Virus record (IMG/VR): IMGVR_UViG_3300043602_000092
Span: 1 to 59,608 of that record
Source of the DNA: a virus
Lineage: Duplodnaviria > Caudoviricetes
DNA length: 59,608 nucleotides
Direction: 5' to 3' (one strand)
Part shown: in pieces, positions 7,285 through 17,620 of the stretch
Layout: every line of letters starts with the position of its first letter
Numbering within the stretch: position 1 is the first letter of the stretch
Notes under the pieces: generated by a model
Databases searched by the model: none
What the model was told of the DNA's origin: nothing
What the model saw: the letters and a program-made list of their open reading frames with translations, nothing else
Translations under genes and position numbers: made by a program

Positions 7285-9175
7285 TCCATATCTAACACCG
7301 TACATCGTGGAACCAGGACGCGCGATTGCGGCGGGTGGATACAAGCGGGTCGTTCTGGTGTTCGGTGCGCAGACCGGCAAGACCGAGTTGATGCTCGATG
7401 TCGCCGGTCAGCGCCTCGACCAGCAACCGGCACCGATCCTGTATGTCGGTCCCAACAAGCAGTTCCTTTCCGAGCAGTTCGAACCGCGCGTGATGGCCCT
7501 GCTCGATGGCGCGGCCACGCTGACGAACAAGGTCGCGCGCGGCAAGCGCATGACCAAGACCCGCAAGATGGTGGCAGGCGTCCCGTTCCGATTGGCGCAC
7601 GCGGGATCGACCACGGCCCTCAAGTCTGATCCGGCGGCCCTCGCGCTGGTGGACGAATACGATGAAATGAAATCGAACGTGAACGAGCAGGGCGGTCCCC
7701 TTGGCCTCGTTGAGCGCCGCGGTGACACCTATGCGGATTTCGTCTGCGTGGTGACTTCGACGCCGAAGCGCGGGAGAGTTGCTGCGGCGCGAGATACGAG
7801 GTCGGGCCTGATCTTCTGGGACGAGGCAGTGGTGGAAGACATCGAAAGCCCGATCTGGCAATTGTGGCAACAGGGCACCCGGCATCACTGGTGCTGGCCC
7901 TGCCCGCATTGCGGTGAGTATTTCGTCCCGCGCTTCGACCTGATGCGGTATCCGCTCAAGGCCACGCCGATGGAAGCGGGTCGCGAAGCCTACATGCTTT
8001 GCCCGCGCGATGACTGTGGCGGCATCATCGAGAACCATCACAAGGCGACCATGAACGAACGCGGCCACTACGTCGCGCCAGGTCAATCAATCACGACAGA
8101 CGGGATCGTTCATGGTGCACCGCGAGAGCGATTGACCCTGTCCTATTGGGTGTCTGGCCTTGCGTCACCGTTTGTAACATTCGGTGAACGCATCGCATCG
8201 CTGGTCGAGGCGCAGCAATCCGGCGACGACGCGATGGTCCAGCAGGCCATGAACGCCGGGTTCGGTGAGTTGCATTCTCCCGGCGGCGGTGACGTTCCAG
8301 AGTGGGCGGAAATCAAGGAGAAGTCGCGCCTGTCGGGATACGTTCGCGGTGAAGTTCCTGAGGAGGCCCTGTATCTCACCTTGACGGCGGACGTGCAGCG
8401 GCAGTCGATCCCGTGGGTGATCAGGGCGTGGGGCGCCCGCGCGACCTCATGGCTGGTGAACTACGGCTATCTCCGTGGCGATACTGCGGAGGAGGAAATC
8501 TGGGGTGCCCTTGGCGACCTCGTCGCCACGCCGGTCGATGGCGTGCCGATCAAGCTATGCTTCATCGACAGCGGATTTCGACCGGGCAAGACCGACACCC
8601 TGCCGATCAATCGCATCTATGAGTTCTGTCGCCGGTTCGGTCGCAGGGTGAGGCCGACCAAGGGATCGTCGTCGGCCATGCGGACGCCCCTGATCTTCTC
8701 CAAGATCGAGGTCAGTCGCAAGGATGGCAAGGCCGCAAAGTTCGGTCTGGACCTGGTTCGCCTCGACACCGACCACTGGAAATCATGGGTGCATGAACGG
8801 CTGCGATGGCCCTCCGAGCAAGTCGGTGCGTGGCATGTTTTCAAGAATGTTGATGACGATTACTGCCACCAACTGGTTTCCGAGGCGCGATTGAAGCAGC
8901 CGACAGGGCGGGTCGAATGGGTCCAGCGCTCAAGGGATAACCACTTTTTCGACTGCGAGGCGATGCAGGCTGCGGCTGGATACCTTCTCAATGTCCAGCG
9001 CATCCCGTTGCAAAATAAACCGAACCGCACTATGGATGGCGTTGGCGCGAAGCCAGAAACCCCACCTGAGGTAGTTCTCCAACCGCTAGACGCGCCACCG
9101 CCCACACCACCGCCCGTGACCATGCGGAGCAAAAGAACAAGGCGCATCATCAGGTCGAACTACCTTGGAGCATAG
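7124..9175 (+). CDS. Terminase large subunit, lambda gpA family
   Basis: Walker A GAQTGKTE, Walker B LVDEYD, STP, CPHC, TADVQ, DNHFFDC; start codon uncertain. Confidence 0.95.
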   Translation: MTSSTASLILPSRKQKIWERVGLLARPSKPMPPDKWAETNRTHPQTSGVPGPRDPYLTPYIVEPGRAIAAGGYKRVVLVFGAQTGKTELMLDVAGQRLDQQPAPILYVGPNKQFLSEQFEPRVMALLDGAATLTNKVARGKRMTKTRKMVAGVPFRLAHAGSTTALKSDPAALALVDEYDEMKSNVNEQGGPLGLVERRGDTYADFVCVVTSTPKRGRVAAARDTRSGLIFWDEAVVEDIESPIWQLWQQGTRHHWCWPCPHCGEYFVPRFDLMRYPLKATPMEAGREAYMLCPRDDCGGIIENHHKATMNERGHYVAPGQSITTDGIVHGAPRERLTLSYWVSGLASPFVTFGERIASLVEAQQSGDDAMVQQAMNAGFGELHSPGGGDVPEWAEIKEKSRLSGYVRGEVPEEALYLTLTADVQRQSIPWVIRAWGARATSWLVNYGYLRGDTAEEEIWGALGDLVATPVDGVPIKLCFIDSGFRPGKTDTLPINRIYEFCRRFGRRVRPTKGSSSAMRTPLIFSKIEVSRKDGKAAKFGLDLVRLDTDHWKSWVHERLRWPSEQVGAWHVFKNVDDDYCHQLVSEARLKQPTGRVEWVQRSRDNHFFDCEAMQAAAGYLLNVQRIPLQNKPNRTMDGVGAKPETPPEVVLQPLDAPPPTPPPVTMRSKRTRRIIRSNYLGA

Positions 9176-9190
9176 CTCTCCGGGTTCAAG

Positions 9191-9709
9191 ATGGCAGACC
9201 CGACCTATGACGAACTGAGGGCAGAAAACGCTGCGCTCAAGGCGCGTCTCGCAGTCGAGACACCGATCCCGGTGCTGCCGGGTGGCGGCCCATCGCCACC
9301 GCATATGACGCGCTCGACTGATCGCACCGCCATCAACGAGACACCGCGCCAGACCACCATCACCCACACCCACGTTGAGCCGACCGATGCGACGTTCCCC
9401 GCCGCACCGCTCGCGGCACCGTTCGGGGTCGGGCCGCAGCGTTCCTTGGTCGCGCGGGCATTGCAGATCAGGGCAAGGCCCAAGACCGCCACGCCCGAGG
9501 AAATCATCGAGACAATCAAGGGCCTCAAGACGATCATCGTTTCCGGCGTCGATAGTGCCGGATATGGCGACAAGCGAACCGAGTTTCGCTCGCTGGCCGA
9601 GTTGCGCCAGATACTCGCCGGTCTTGAGGAGGAGTTGGAGGAACTTCAAGGAACGGGTGGTCGCATCCGCCAGATCAGGATGACGACGCAGTGGGATAAG
9701 GGCCTCTGA
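9191..9709 (+). CDS. Head-tail joining protein (gpW-like) with N-terminal extension
   Basis: C-terminal GVDSAGYGDKRTEFRSLAEL; lies between terminase and portal. Confidence 0.75.
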   Translation: MADPTYDELRAENAALKARLAVETPIPVLPGGGPSPPHMTRSTDRTAINETPRQTTITHTHVEPTDATFPAAPLAAPFGVGPQRSLVARALQIRARPKTATPEEIIETIKGLKTIIVSGVDSAGYGDKRTEFRSLAELRQILAGLEEELEELQGTGGRIRQIRMTTQWDKGL

Positions 9710-11403
9710 TGGGGATCATCAAAGACATTTTGTCGGAAGGCATTCTGGGCAGACTGGTCGGGCCGAAAAAGAACCCACGCATGGACTTCGATGGCGGGCG
9801 CTCACGCCGCCGCCTCAAGTCGTGGACACCGACGCAATCCACCGTCAACACCATCCTCGCATCGAATGGCAGTTTGCTGCGTGCGCGTTGTCGAGATGCC
9901 CTCCGCAACAACGCGCACGCAGTCGCGGCGAGCGATAGCTTCGTCGCGAACCTTATCGGCACCGGCATCAAGCCATCGTCGCTCTATCGCAACGAGGCGA
10001 AGCCGACCAAGGCCCCGGCTCCAAAGGCCCCGCCGCCCAAGACGCCACCGTTCGCAGCATTCCCGCCGCCGCCGGGGCATAACAACCCGCCACCCGATCC
10101 GCTGCCCGACGATGCCAACCCGGAACTGCGTGCCGCGATCATGCAGCTATTCCTCGATTGGACCGACGAGTGCGATGCAGACGGCCTCGCGGACTTCTAT
10201 GGGATGCAGACCATCGTGGCCCGCGCATTGTTCGAAGCGGGTGAGTGCTTCATCCGGTTCCGCAATCGCCGCGTGATGGACGGCTACCTGGTGCCGCTGC
10301 AGATACAGTTGCTCGAAAGCGAGATGTGCCCCTACGAGAAAAACGGCAGGGCAGCGAACGGCAACTTCATCATGAACGGCATCGAACTCGACCACCTTGG
10401 TCAGCGTGCCGCATATTATTTCCACCCGATCCACCCCGGTGATGCACCGATCGAAGTGCTGCCGGTGGCGTTCGAACCCGTTCGGGTTCCGGCGTCTGAG
10501 GTGCTGCACATTTTCAAGTGTACGCGACCCGGCCAGATGCGCGGCGTGCCCCTGATCACCCCCGCCTTGGTGCGGATGTTCCTGCTCGACCAATACGACG
10601 ACGCCGAGTTGGAGCGGAAGCGGATCGCCGCGATGTTCGCGGGCTTCGTCACCACGCCTGCCCCTGAGGACGTGCTGCCCATCGACGGCATCGACGGGTC
10701 TGCCCCTCAGGAGAACATCGGCCTGTCCGGTCTGGAACCGGGAACGATGCAAACCCTGCTGCCGGGTGAGAGCATCACCTTTGCCGAGCCTGCCGATGTC
10801 GGCGGATCATATGAGGCTTATCAATATCGGCAGCAACTCGCGGTGTTCGCCGCCGTGGGCATCCCGTACAGCATCGCGACGTCCGACCTCAGGCGTGCGA
10901 ACTACTCGTCGCTGCGCGGCTCGATTGTCGAGTATCGCCGCAAGCTCGAGCAGATGCAGCACAACATCATCGTATTCCAGATGTGCGCGCCGATCTGGCG
11001 GCGGTGGTTCGACAGCGCGGTGCTTGCGCAGGCCCTCCCGATTGGCGAGAGCGACTACCTTTTGAACAAGGCGAACTACACGCGGGCAAAGTGGATACCG
11101 CAACGCAATGATTGGGTCGATCCGTTGAAGGATCGCCAAGCAGAGAAACTCGCGGTTGATGCGGGCTTCAAGAGCCGCAGCGACGTGATCGAAGCCGAGG
11201 GCTATGACCCGGAGGAAAACGATCAGCGCATTGCTGCAGATCGTGCGCGCGAGGAAGAACTTGGGCTGGACTTTGGGCCGAAGCCGCCACCGGCCCCGTT
11301 CGGCGGTGACGCTGGCGGCGATAGTCAGGAAGAAAAAGACCAGATCGAGCAGGATGCCCAAGACGCAGAAGATGCGTCGGCCACCGAAAAAGGAGATGCG
11401 TGA
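9709..11403 (+). CDS. Portal protein, lambda family
   Basis: LRARCRD, RPGQMRGVP, NYSSLR, WVDPLKD; Pro-rich insertion. Confidence 0.95.
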   Translation: MGIIKDILSEGILGRLVGPKKNPRMDFDGGRSRRRLKSWTPTQSTVNTILASNGSLLRARCRDALRNNAHAVAASDSFVANLIGTGIKPSSLYRNEAKPTKAPAPKAPPPKTPPFAAFPPPPGHNNPPPDPLPDDANPELRAAIMQLFLDWTDECDADGLADFYGMQTIVARALFEAGECFIRFRNRRVMDGYLVPLQIQLLESEMCPYEKNGRAANGNFIMNGIELDHLGQRAAYYFHPIHPGDAPIEVLPVAFEPVRVPASEVLHIFKCTRPGQMRGVPLITPALVRMFLLDQYDDAELERKRIAAMFAGFVTTPAPEDVLPIDGIDGSAPQENIGLSGLEPGTMQTLLPGESITFAEPADVGGSYEAYQYRQQLAVFAAVGIPYSIATSDLRRANYSSLRGSIVEYRRKLEQMQHNIIVFQMCAPIWRRWFDSAVLAQALPIGESDYLLNKANYTRAKWIPQRNDWVDPLKDRQAEKLAVDAGFKSRSDVIEAEGYDPEENDQRIAADRAREEELGLDFGPKPPPAPFGGDAGGDSQEEKDQIEQDAQDAEDASATEKGDA

Positions 11404-12479
11404 TGCGCAATTGGTTCACGATGAAAAAGGTCGAGGACGACGAGGAAGGCGACGACAAGAAAAATCCGTTTGCCGAAATCATGATTTATGACGCCATCGG
11501 CAAGTCGTTCTGGGACGATGATGCGGTGAGCGCGAGTTCGTTCATCGCCGCTCTCGCGGACCTGGGTGACGTGCCGGAAATCAAACTGCGCATCAACTCG
11601 CCGGGTGGCGACGTGTTCGATGGCGTTGCGATTTACAACGCAATCAAGAACCACAAGGCCAAGGTGACGGCGCATGTCGATGGCATCGCTGCGTCTGCCG
11701 CATCGTTCGTCGCAATGGCGGCGGATAAAATCGTGATGCCGTCCAACGCTTTCATGCTGGTGCATAATGCGTCGGGCTTCGCGATGGGGCAGGCCGACGA
11801 CATGCTCGCGGTGGCCGCCGATCTGCAGCGCATCGACAAGTCGATGTCCGCAACCTATGCCGCGCGCACCGGCCAGACCGCTGCGAAGGTCAAGGCCCTC
11901 ATGAAAGAGGACCGCTTGATGGACGCCACCGAGGCAAAGGCCCTTGGCTATGCCGACGAAGTGACGGCACCCGTCAAGATCGCGGCGCGGTTCTCGATGC
12001 AATTGCTTCCCAAGGCGGTCGCAGATCGCTTCAGGGCAGAGACAGGTGACGAGCAGGGCGACCCGCCTCCTCCTGCCGCGAAGCCTGAGGTGCCGGGTGA
12101 GGTGCCGGCGCCTTCCCCGGCACCGACTATTCCGCCTGAAACGGCACCCACCCCGGAGAAGCCGAAGATCAGCGATCCTGATCCGCCACCGGCACCGGGT
12201 GATGCCGCCGCTGCAAAGCAGCAGGGCATCGCGGAGCATCAGGCATACGTTGGCGCGGTCAGCGATCTTTGCACGCTCGCAGGCGCACCCGAGCTTGTCG
12301 GTGGTTACGTTCGTGCAAACGCCACGGTCGAACAGGTCCGCAAGGAACTGCTCGCTCGCCGGTCCACGCAGACGGATGTTCTCCCCCATCATCCGCTTGC
12401 CGCCCACGCAGGAGGCCCCACCGCGCCTGCGTCGGCATGGACGAAGATCACCGACAAGATCAACGCACGCCAGAAATAG
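11400..12479 (+). CDS. ClpP-type head maturation protease with C-terminal scaffold-like region
   Basis: INSPGGDVFDG, GIAASAAS, MLVHN. Confidence 0.92.
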   Translation: MMRNWFTMKKVEDDEEGDDKKNPFAEIMIYDAIGKSFWDDDAVSASSFIAALADLGDVPEIKLRINSPGGDVFDGVAIYNAIKNHKAKVTAHVDGIAASAASFVAMAADKIVMPSNAFMLVHNASGFAMGQADDMLAVAADLQRIDKSMSATYAARTGQTAAKVKALMKEDRLMDATEAKALGYADEVTAPVKIAARFSMQLLPKAVADRFRAETGDEQGDPPPPAAKPEVPGEVPAPSPAPTIPPETAPTPEKPKISDPDPPPAPGDAAAAKQQGIAEHQAYVGAVSDLCTLAGAPELVGGYVRANATVEQVRKELLARRSTQTDVLPHHPLAAHAGGPTAPASAWTKITDKINARQK

Positions 12480-12506
12480 GCAAACCAAAGAGAAGGAGAT
12501 TTCGAC

Positions 12507-13184
12507 ATGGCTGATAATGATCGCGACAACGTCAAGGAAGATCGCCGGGTTCACACGCCGCCTGCGACTGCCAAGGCCGCCGACAAGACCGCCAAGGATG
12601 CGGAGAAGGCCCGCGCGGATGCAGAAAAGCAGGCCGACGAGGGCCGCAAGCTGCTGCATGAGCGCGAGGTGAAACAAGCGGAGGCCGCGTTCGAAGCGGA
12701 GGAGAACAAGATCAAGCAGGAGCGTGAGAAAAAGGAGGAGGAACTTCGCCTCGCCAATCTCTCGCCCGAGGAGCGCGCGGCAGAAATCTCGCCGTTCGTT
12801 CACAGCGTCCCGCACTACACCCCGCAGAACGAACCGCTCCATCCTGCGGAGTTCATTCTGTCGGAGGCGAACGGGCATCGCTCGCGCGGCAATGCTTACA
12901 TCGCAGACCCGGCGAATATCCTTGCAGGGCAGATGTTGAAAAAGACGGCAGAGGCGACGGCTACGCAGCCGCCGACCTACGTTCCGGCACTGGTCGGAGC
13001 CGACTGCAATGCGATTGCAATCTACTCTGGCGGCACGATCCCCGGTGAAGGTCTGCGCATCTCCGTCATCGTTCGCGATGCCGAGGTGAACGGTCTTTGC
13101 CTTGTGTGGGGCGCGACCACCGCACCGGAGCAGATCATCGGCATCCAGACGCTCGCCGCTGCTGGCATCATCGTCCGCCTGTAA
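12507..13184 (+). CDS. Head decoration protein (gpD-like) with charged N-terminal extension
   Basis: EFILSEANGHRSR, VIVRDAEVN, LAAAGIIVR; precedes the capsid gene. Confidence 0.8.
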   Translation: MADNDRDNVKEDRRVHTPPATAKAADKTAKDAEKARADAEKQADEGRKLLHEREVKQAEAAFEAEENKIKQEREKKEEELRLANLSPEERAAEISPFVHSVPHYTPQNEPLHPAEFILSEANGHRSRGNAYIADPANILAGQMLKKTAEATATQPPTYVPALVGADCNAIAIYSGGTIPGEGLRISVIVRDAEVNGLCLVWGATTAPEQIIGIQTLAAAGIIVRL

Positions 13185-13244
13185 GGCGGCCAACCTCAAC
13201 CCGCTTCGCCGCACAGGCAAGCTCAAGGATAAAGGATAACGGAA

Positions 13245-14261
13245 ATGCTTGACATCTTTCGCGGCGATGCGTTCGGCATCGTGTCTCTGACCACTGCGAT
13301 CAACAATCTCAAGTTCGTCCCCGGCTTCATTTCGAGCAAGGGACTGTTCAATGAGAGTTCAATCTCCACCACCACGGTGTCGATTGAGGAGAAGAACAAC
13401 ACGCTGACCCTGATCGGCCCCACCCCGCGCGGTGGTCCCGGTCATGTGTTGCCCAAGGGCCGCCGCATGATGCGTATGCTTGGCGTCCCGCACTTTGAAA
13501 TCAACGACGCCGTGATGGCCGAGGAAGTTCAAGGCGTGCGCGCCTTTGGCTCCGAGGATGCCACGGAGACGGTGATGGGCAAGGTCGGTGAACGTATGGC
13601 ACAGGCCGGTCAGTCGTTGGAGTACACGCAGGAGCATTCCCGCGTCGGTGCGATCAAGGGCGTGATCACTTATGCGGACGGCACGGTCCTCAATCTCTAC
13701 ACCGAGTATGGACTTGCGCAGCCCGTCAACGTGGACATGAACCTCGACTTCGCCGGGACACCGGACGGTTCGCTCCGCGCGGCCTGCTCGACCATCATCC
13801 GCACGATGGGCACCAACCTTGAAGGGATGCCGTTCTCCGGTGTCGAAGCGATCTGCGGCGATGCGTTCTTCGACGCCCTGATCAAGCACCCGGAGGTTCG
13901 CCAGACCTATCTCAACTATCAGGCGGCGGCGGAACTGCGCACCAACTACATCACCGCAGGCCAGACGTGGGGGTCGTTCCTGTTCGGCGGCATCCTCTGG
14001 ACGAACTATCGCGGCTATGTCGGGTCGACCCCGATGGTCGAAACCAACATGGCCTATCTCTATCCGGTCGGCGTGCCGAACCTGTTCGCCACCGTCTATG
14101 CGCCTGCCGACTACATCGAGACTGTCAACACGCTGGGCAAACCCCGGTATGTGAAGCAGTACACCATGCCCAACGACAAGGGCATCAATCTCGATACGCA
14201 GATGAACGCGCTCAACTGGTGCACCAAGCCCCTCGCACTGATGCGCGCGATCCTGACCTAA
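13245..14261 (+). CDS. Major capsid protein, lambda gpE family
   Basis: DAFGIVSLTTAIN, EEVQGVRAFG, YAPADYIETVNT. Confidence 0.95.
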   Translation: MLDIFRGDAFGIVSLTTAINNLKFVPGFISSKGLFNESSISTTTVSIEEKNNTLTLIGPTPRGGPGHVLPKGRRMMRMLGVPHFEINDAVMAEEVQGVRAFGSEDATETVMGKVGERMAQAGQSLEYTQEHSRVGAIKGVITYADGTVLNLYTEYGLAQPVNVDMNLDFAGTPDGSLRAACSTIIRTMGTNLEGMPFSGVEAICGDAFFDALIKHPEVRQTYLNYQAAAELRTNYITAGQTWGSFLFGGILWTNYRGYVGSTPMVETNMAYLYPVGVPNLFATVYAPADYIETVNTLGKPRYVKQYTMPNDKGINLDTQMNALNWCTKPLALMRAILT

Positions 14262-14279
14262 AGATGACCCGAGGCGGAA

Positions 14280-14648
14280 ATGGTGGACTTCGACAGGCTG
14301 GTTCTTGGACCGGCGTCCGACATCTTCTCGATCAAGTGCCGGTTCACTCCGCTGGTCAGCCAGCCAGGTGAACCGGCCTTCGATCTGCGTGGCGTCTATT
14401 CGTCCACGCCGGTCGATGTGCAGATGCAGGACGAAACCATTTTCTCCGACCAGCAGACATCGCTGGGCATTCGGATGCGCGACTTTCCGGCGGCGGTGCC
14501 GGATCGCGGCGACACCGTTGAAATCATCGACACCATGCACCCCGCATATGGCTCAAAATATTGGATTGGCGATGTCGATCTGGATGGGCAAGGCGGCGGG
14601 ATGCTTATGCTTCGCACCCACAATCCTGCTCCGGTGGACGGCTCATGA
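14280..14648 (+). CDS. Head-tail adaptor/closure protein
   Basis: Position and size; beta-rich, DLDGQGG motif. Confidence 0.65.
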   Translation: MVDFDRLVLGPASDIFSIKCRFTPLVSQPGEPAFDLRGVYSSTPVDVQMQDETIFSDQQTSLGIRMRDFPAAVPDRGDTVEIIDTMHPAYGSKYWIGDVDLDGQGGGMLMLRTHNPAPVDGS

Positions 14649-15280
14649 GCCACTACGCGACAATGGTCGCCAACAAGGCAATGGACTACGCGAAGATCGG
14701 GTTCGGTTCGCGGTTCAAAACCTATCGGCAGACCCCGATGATGCAAGTGCAGCCGACCGACTTGCCGATGCTTGGCATCTTCATCATGCGCGAGAAGCGA
14801 TCCCCGTGGGGCAATGCCAATCACGCGGAACCGAAATTCCAGCATGAGATGACGTTGGGGTTCTCCGGCGCTGTACATGCCGACACCGACGATCAGAACA
14901 AGTTCTATCAATTGGAGCAGTGGATGTCCGAGTTGGACGACATCCTGCTATCCAACCCGAAATTCGTGATCCTCACGGCAGGCGTCGAGGCGATGGACCG
15001 GCAATCGCAATACGCCAAGGTCGGTGAGACAACCCTGTTTGAAATCCGGGTGGAGATGGTGCTGGCCTTCCAGAGTTCATTCCCGCCGAGGGTTGTCGAC
15101 GATTTCAACATCCTGCACGTCGAGACGCGGTATCCTTCGATTGATACTGATCCGGCAGAGGTGATGCAGATCGTTCGTCAATACGACCTGACGCAAAACG
15201 AAATCACCGCTGCGCTGACTAAGGCGGGACAGACGAAGGCGGGACCATCCAAAGCGGACACCGTCCGCGATCACCCCTGA
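14645..15280 (+). CDS. Putative tail terminator/completion protein
   Basis: Lies before the sheath gene; ATGA overlap. Confidence 0.55.
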   Translation: MSHYATMVANKAMDYAKIGFGSRFKTYRQTPMMQVQPTDLPMLGIFIMREKRSPWGNANHAEPKFQHEMTLGFSGAVHADTDDQNKFYQLEQWMSELDDILLSNPKFVILTAGVEAMDRQSQYAKVGETTLFEIRVEMVLAFQSSFPPRVVDDFNILHVETRYPSIDTDPAEVMQIVRQYDLTQNEITAALTKAGQTKAGPSKADTVRDHP

Positions 15281-15301
15281 CCCCAAGAGGAGAACACGAT
15301 C

Positions 15302-16855
15302 ATGCCCGTGAGTTTCAATTCCATCCCGGCAAACTGGAAGATGCCGCTATATTGGGTCGAAGTCGACCCGAGCATGGCCGGTTATCCTCGCTCCCGCCTG
15401 ACCTCGCTCATCATCGGATTGAAGGGCGAGGACGGCAGCGCGGTCGCGAACGTGCCGATCCCGGTGCCGTCGCAGGCCGATGCACGCCAGTTGTTCGGCT
15501 ACGGCTCGATGCTCGACGGAATGGTCGAGAGCTTTACCAAGAACAACTTTGCGCAGGAACTCTGGGTTGTTCCGATTGACGAAGCGGCGGCAGGCGTCCC
15601 GGCTATGGGTGCCCTCACCGTCACGCAACCCGCCATCTCCGCAGGCACGTTGCCGATCTACATTGCGGGTCGCAAGGTGCAGGTTTTTGTCGGGGCAGGC
15701 GAGGCCATCGCGGATGTCGCAAAGAAGATCGAGGAGGCGATCAACGCCGACCTCTCGATGCCGGTGACGGCACTGATCGGTGTGGGCGGCACTGTCGATC
15801 TAACGGCGAAGTTCAAGGGCGTCGAAGGCAACGAAATCGACGTGCGCCTTGCATACGGTGGTGCCCTCGCAGCCGAGCGCGTCCCGGTCGGTCTGGTGGT
15901 GACCATTCCTCCCGGACACAAACTGACCGGCGGCACCGGCAACGCAGACATCACGACTGCGCTGACGAACCTGGGTGACGAAATTTACGAGTACGTCGCC
16001 ACCGGCCTCACCGACAGCACCTCGCTCGCGCAGTTGGAAAGCGAATACGGGTTCGGTGACACTGGTCGCTGGGGGTGGTTGCGCCAACTCTACGGCCACG
16101 TCTTTGCTGCCTACAAAGGCATCGAAGTCGGAACGGACAAGGGCTATGCCGGGATCATGACCTACGGTCCCGAGAACAACAGCGGTGTGCTTTCGATCAT
16201 GGGCGTCGAAGCGCACTCCCCGACACCGCCGTGGAATTGGGCGGCGGCCTATGCGGCAAAGTCTGCCCGCGCGTTGCTGAATGATCCGGCTCGCCCGTTG
16301 CAGACGCTCGCGCTGGAAGGGTGCCTCCCGGCTCCGAAGCACCAGCGGTTCACCAAGAAGCAGTGCAACGATTTCTCAGGCGTTGGCATTGCAACGCAGG
16401 GCGTGAACGATGATGGCGTTCCCGCCATCCTTCGTGAAAGCACGACCTATCAGAAGAACCTCTATGGTCAGGGCGACGACGCCTATGAGTTGGTGCCGAC
16501 CTTGGCAACGCTGGCGGCACTCTTCCGCTCGCAGCGCCATGCGATCACCAGCAAGTATCCGCGCCACAAGCTCGCGGATGACGGCACCCGCTTCGGTGCT
16601 GGGCAGGCAATCGTCACGCCGAAGATCATCAAGGCGGAACTGATTGCGCAGTATCGGCAGGACGAGTTCTTGGGCCGCGTCGAAAATGCTCAGGCGTTCA
16701 AAAAGAACCTGATCGTGGAGCGCGATCCCAACGACCCGAACCGCATCAACGTCCTGTATCCTCCGGACCTGATCAACCAACTCCGCATCTTCGCGGTGCT
16801 GGCTCAGTTCCGCCTGCAATATAACAGGGGTGTTGATACCGAGATTGCGACGTAG
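15302..16855 (+). CDS. Contractile tail sheath, Mu gpL family
   Basis: DPARPLQTL, TSKYPRHKLADDG, PPDLINQLRIFA. Confidence 0.95.
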   Translation: MPVSFNSIPANWKMPLYWVEVDPSMAGYPRSRLTSLIIGLKGEDGSAVANVPIPVPSQADARQLFGYGSMLDGMVESFTKNNFAQELWVVPIDEAAAGVPAMGALTVTQPAISAGTLPIYIAGRKVQVFVGAGEAIADVAKKIEEAINADLSMPVTALIGVGGTVDLTAKFKGVEGNEIDVRLAYGGALAAERVPVGLVVTIPPGHKLTGGTGNADITTALTNLGDEIYEYVATGLTDSTSLAQLESEYGFGDTGRWGWLRQLYGHVFAAYKGIEVGTDKGYAGIMTYGPENNSGVLSIMGVEAHSPTPPWNWAAAYAAKSARALLNDPARPLQTLALEGCLPAPKHQRFTKKQCNDFSGVGIATQGVNDDGVPAILRESTTYQKNLYGQGDDAYELVPTLATLAALFRSQRHAITSKYPRHKLADDGTRFGAGQAIVTPKIIKAELIAQYRQDEFLGRVENAQAFKKNLIVERDPNDPNRINVLYPPDLINQLRIFAVLAQFRLQYNRGVDTEIAT

Positions 16856-16905
16856 AATAGGGCCAAGGCGCACGCGGCGGGCGTGCGTCAACGGCGGGGT
16901 GAACA

Positions 16906-17478
16906 ATGGATGTCTACGGAAAAATAACGAAACCATTTTGGGACGACCGGCCTGTCGCCATAGTTGGCGGCGGGCCTTCTCTTGTCGATTTCGATTTCGA
17001 GCAGTTGCGTGGCGCGCATGTCCTCGCGGTGAAGGATGTGGCGTCGTTCATGCCGTGGGCCGATGCGGTGCTTGGCATTGGCGCGTGGCAGGACAAGCTC
17101 GCGGGTGTACAGAGCCGCGTCTATTGGGCGATGCCCGCGCCAGCCCCGTCGCCTGCGAAGAACGTCACCTTCCTGAAGCAATCACCGGCTCTGGAAATAT
17201 CCGACGACCCGAGCGTGATCCACGGCGTGACGTGCGAGTTCGGGGCAATGCAAGTCTGCATCCACAAGCGAGCCAAGCGGATCGTATTGTTCGGCTTCGA
17301 TCATGAGGGCGAGAAGTGGGAGCGGATGGCCCTGCACTTTTCCGTGCTGGTGCCCTGCCTCAACGAGCGCGGCATCAGCGTGATGAACGCATGCCCGCAA
17401 TCCACAATTGCTTGCTTCCAGAAAACCACGCTGGATGATGGCGTGGCCGCGCTCCGCATCAAGGCCAAGGCGCAATGA
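16906..17478 (+). CDS. Glycosyltransferase-like protein (DUF115/CST-II-like)
   Basis: AIVGGGPSL and RIVLFGFD motifs. Confidence 0.6.
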   Translation: MDVYGKITKPFWDDRPVAIVGGGPSLVDFDFEQLRGAHVLAVKDVASFMPWADAVLGIGAWQDKLAGVQSRVYWAMPAPAPSPAKNVTFLKQSPALEISDDPSVIHGVTCEFGAMQVCIHKRAKRIVLFGFDHEGEKWERMALHFSVLVPCLNERGISVMNACPQSTIACFQKTTLDDGVAALRIKAKAQ

Positions 17479-17506
17479 TGCGGGTGCGCCTCACAGGAGA
17501 GAGCGC

Positions 17507-17620
17507 ATGTTCTGGTTCTGGATCGCGGCGGCCTTTATCATCGGTGGAAATTTCGGGGCGATTGCAATGGCGGTGATCGCGATGAACAAACCGCGGCGCT
17601 GGCATGAAGATCACCTATGA
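17507..17620 (+). CDS. Small membrane peptide
   Basis: AGGAG RBS; MFWFWIAAAFIIGG hydrophobic stretch. Confidence 0.45.
   Translation: MFWFWIAAAFIIGGNFGAIAMAVIAMNKPRRWHEDHL

Noticed and set aside
11325-14540. Long antisense ORFs (633 aa, 393 aa, and similar ones elsewhere)
   Set aside because: Shadows of high-GC genes on the opposite strand; no motifs or RBS.
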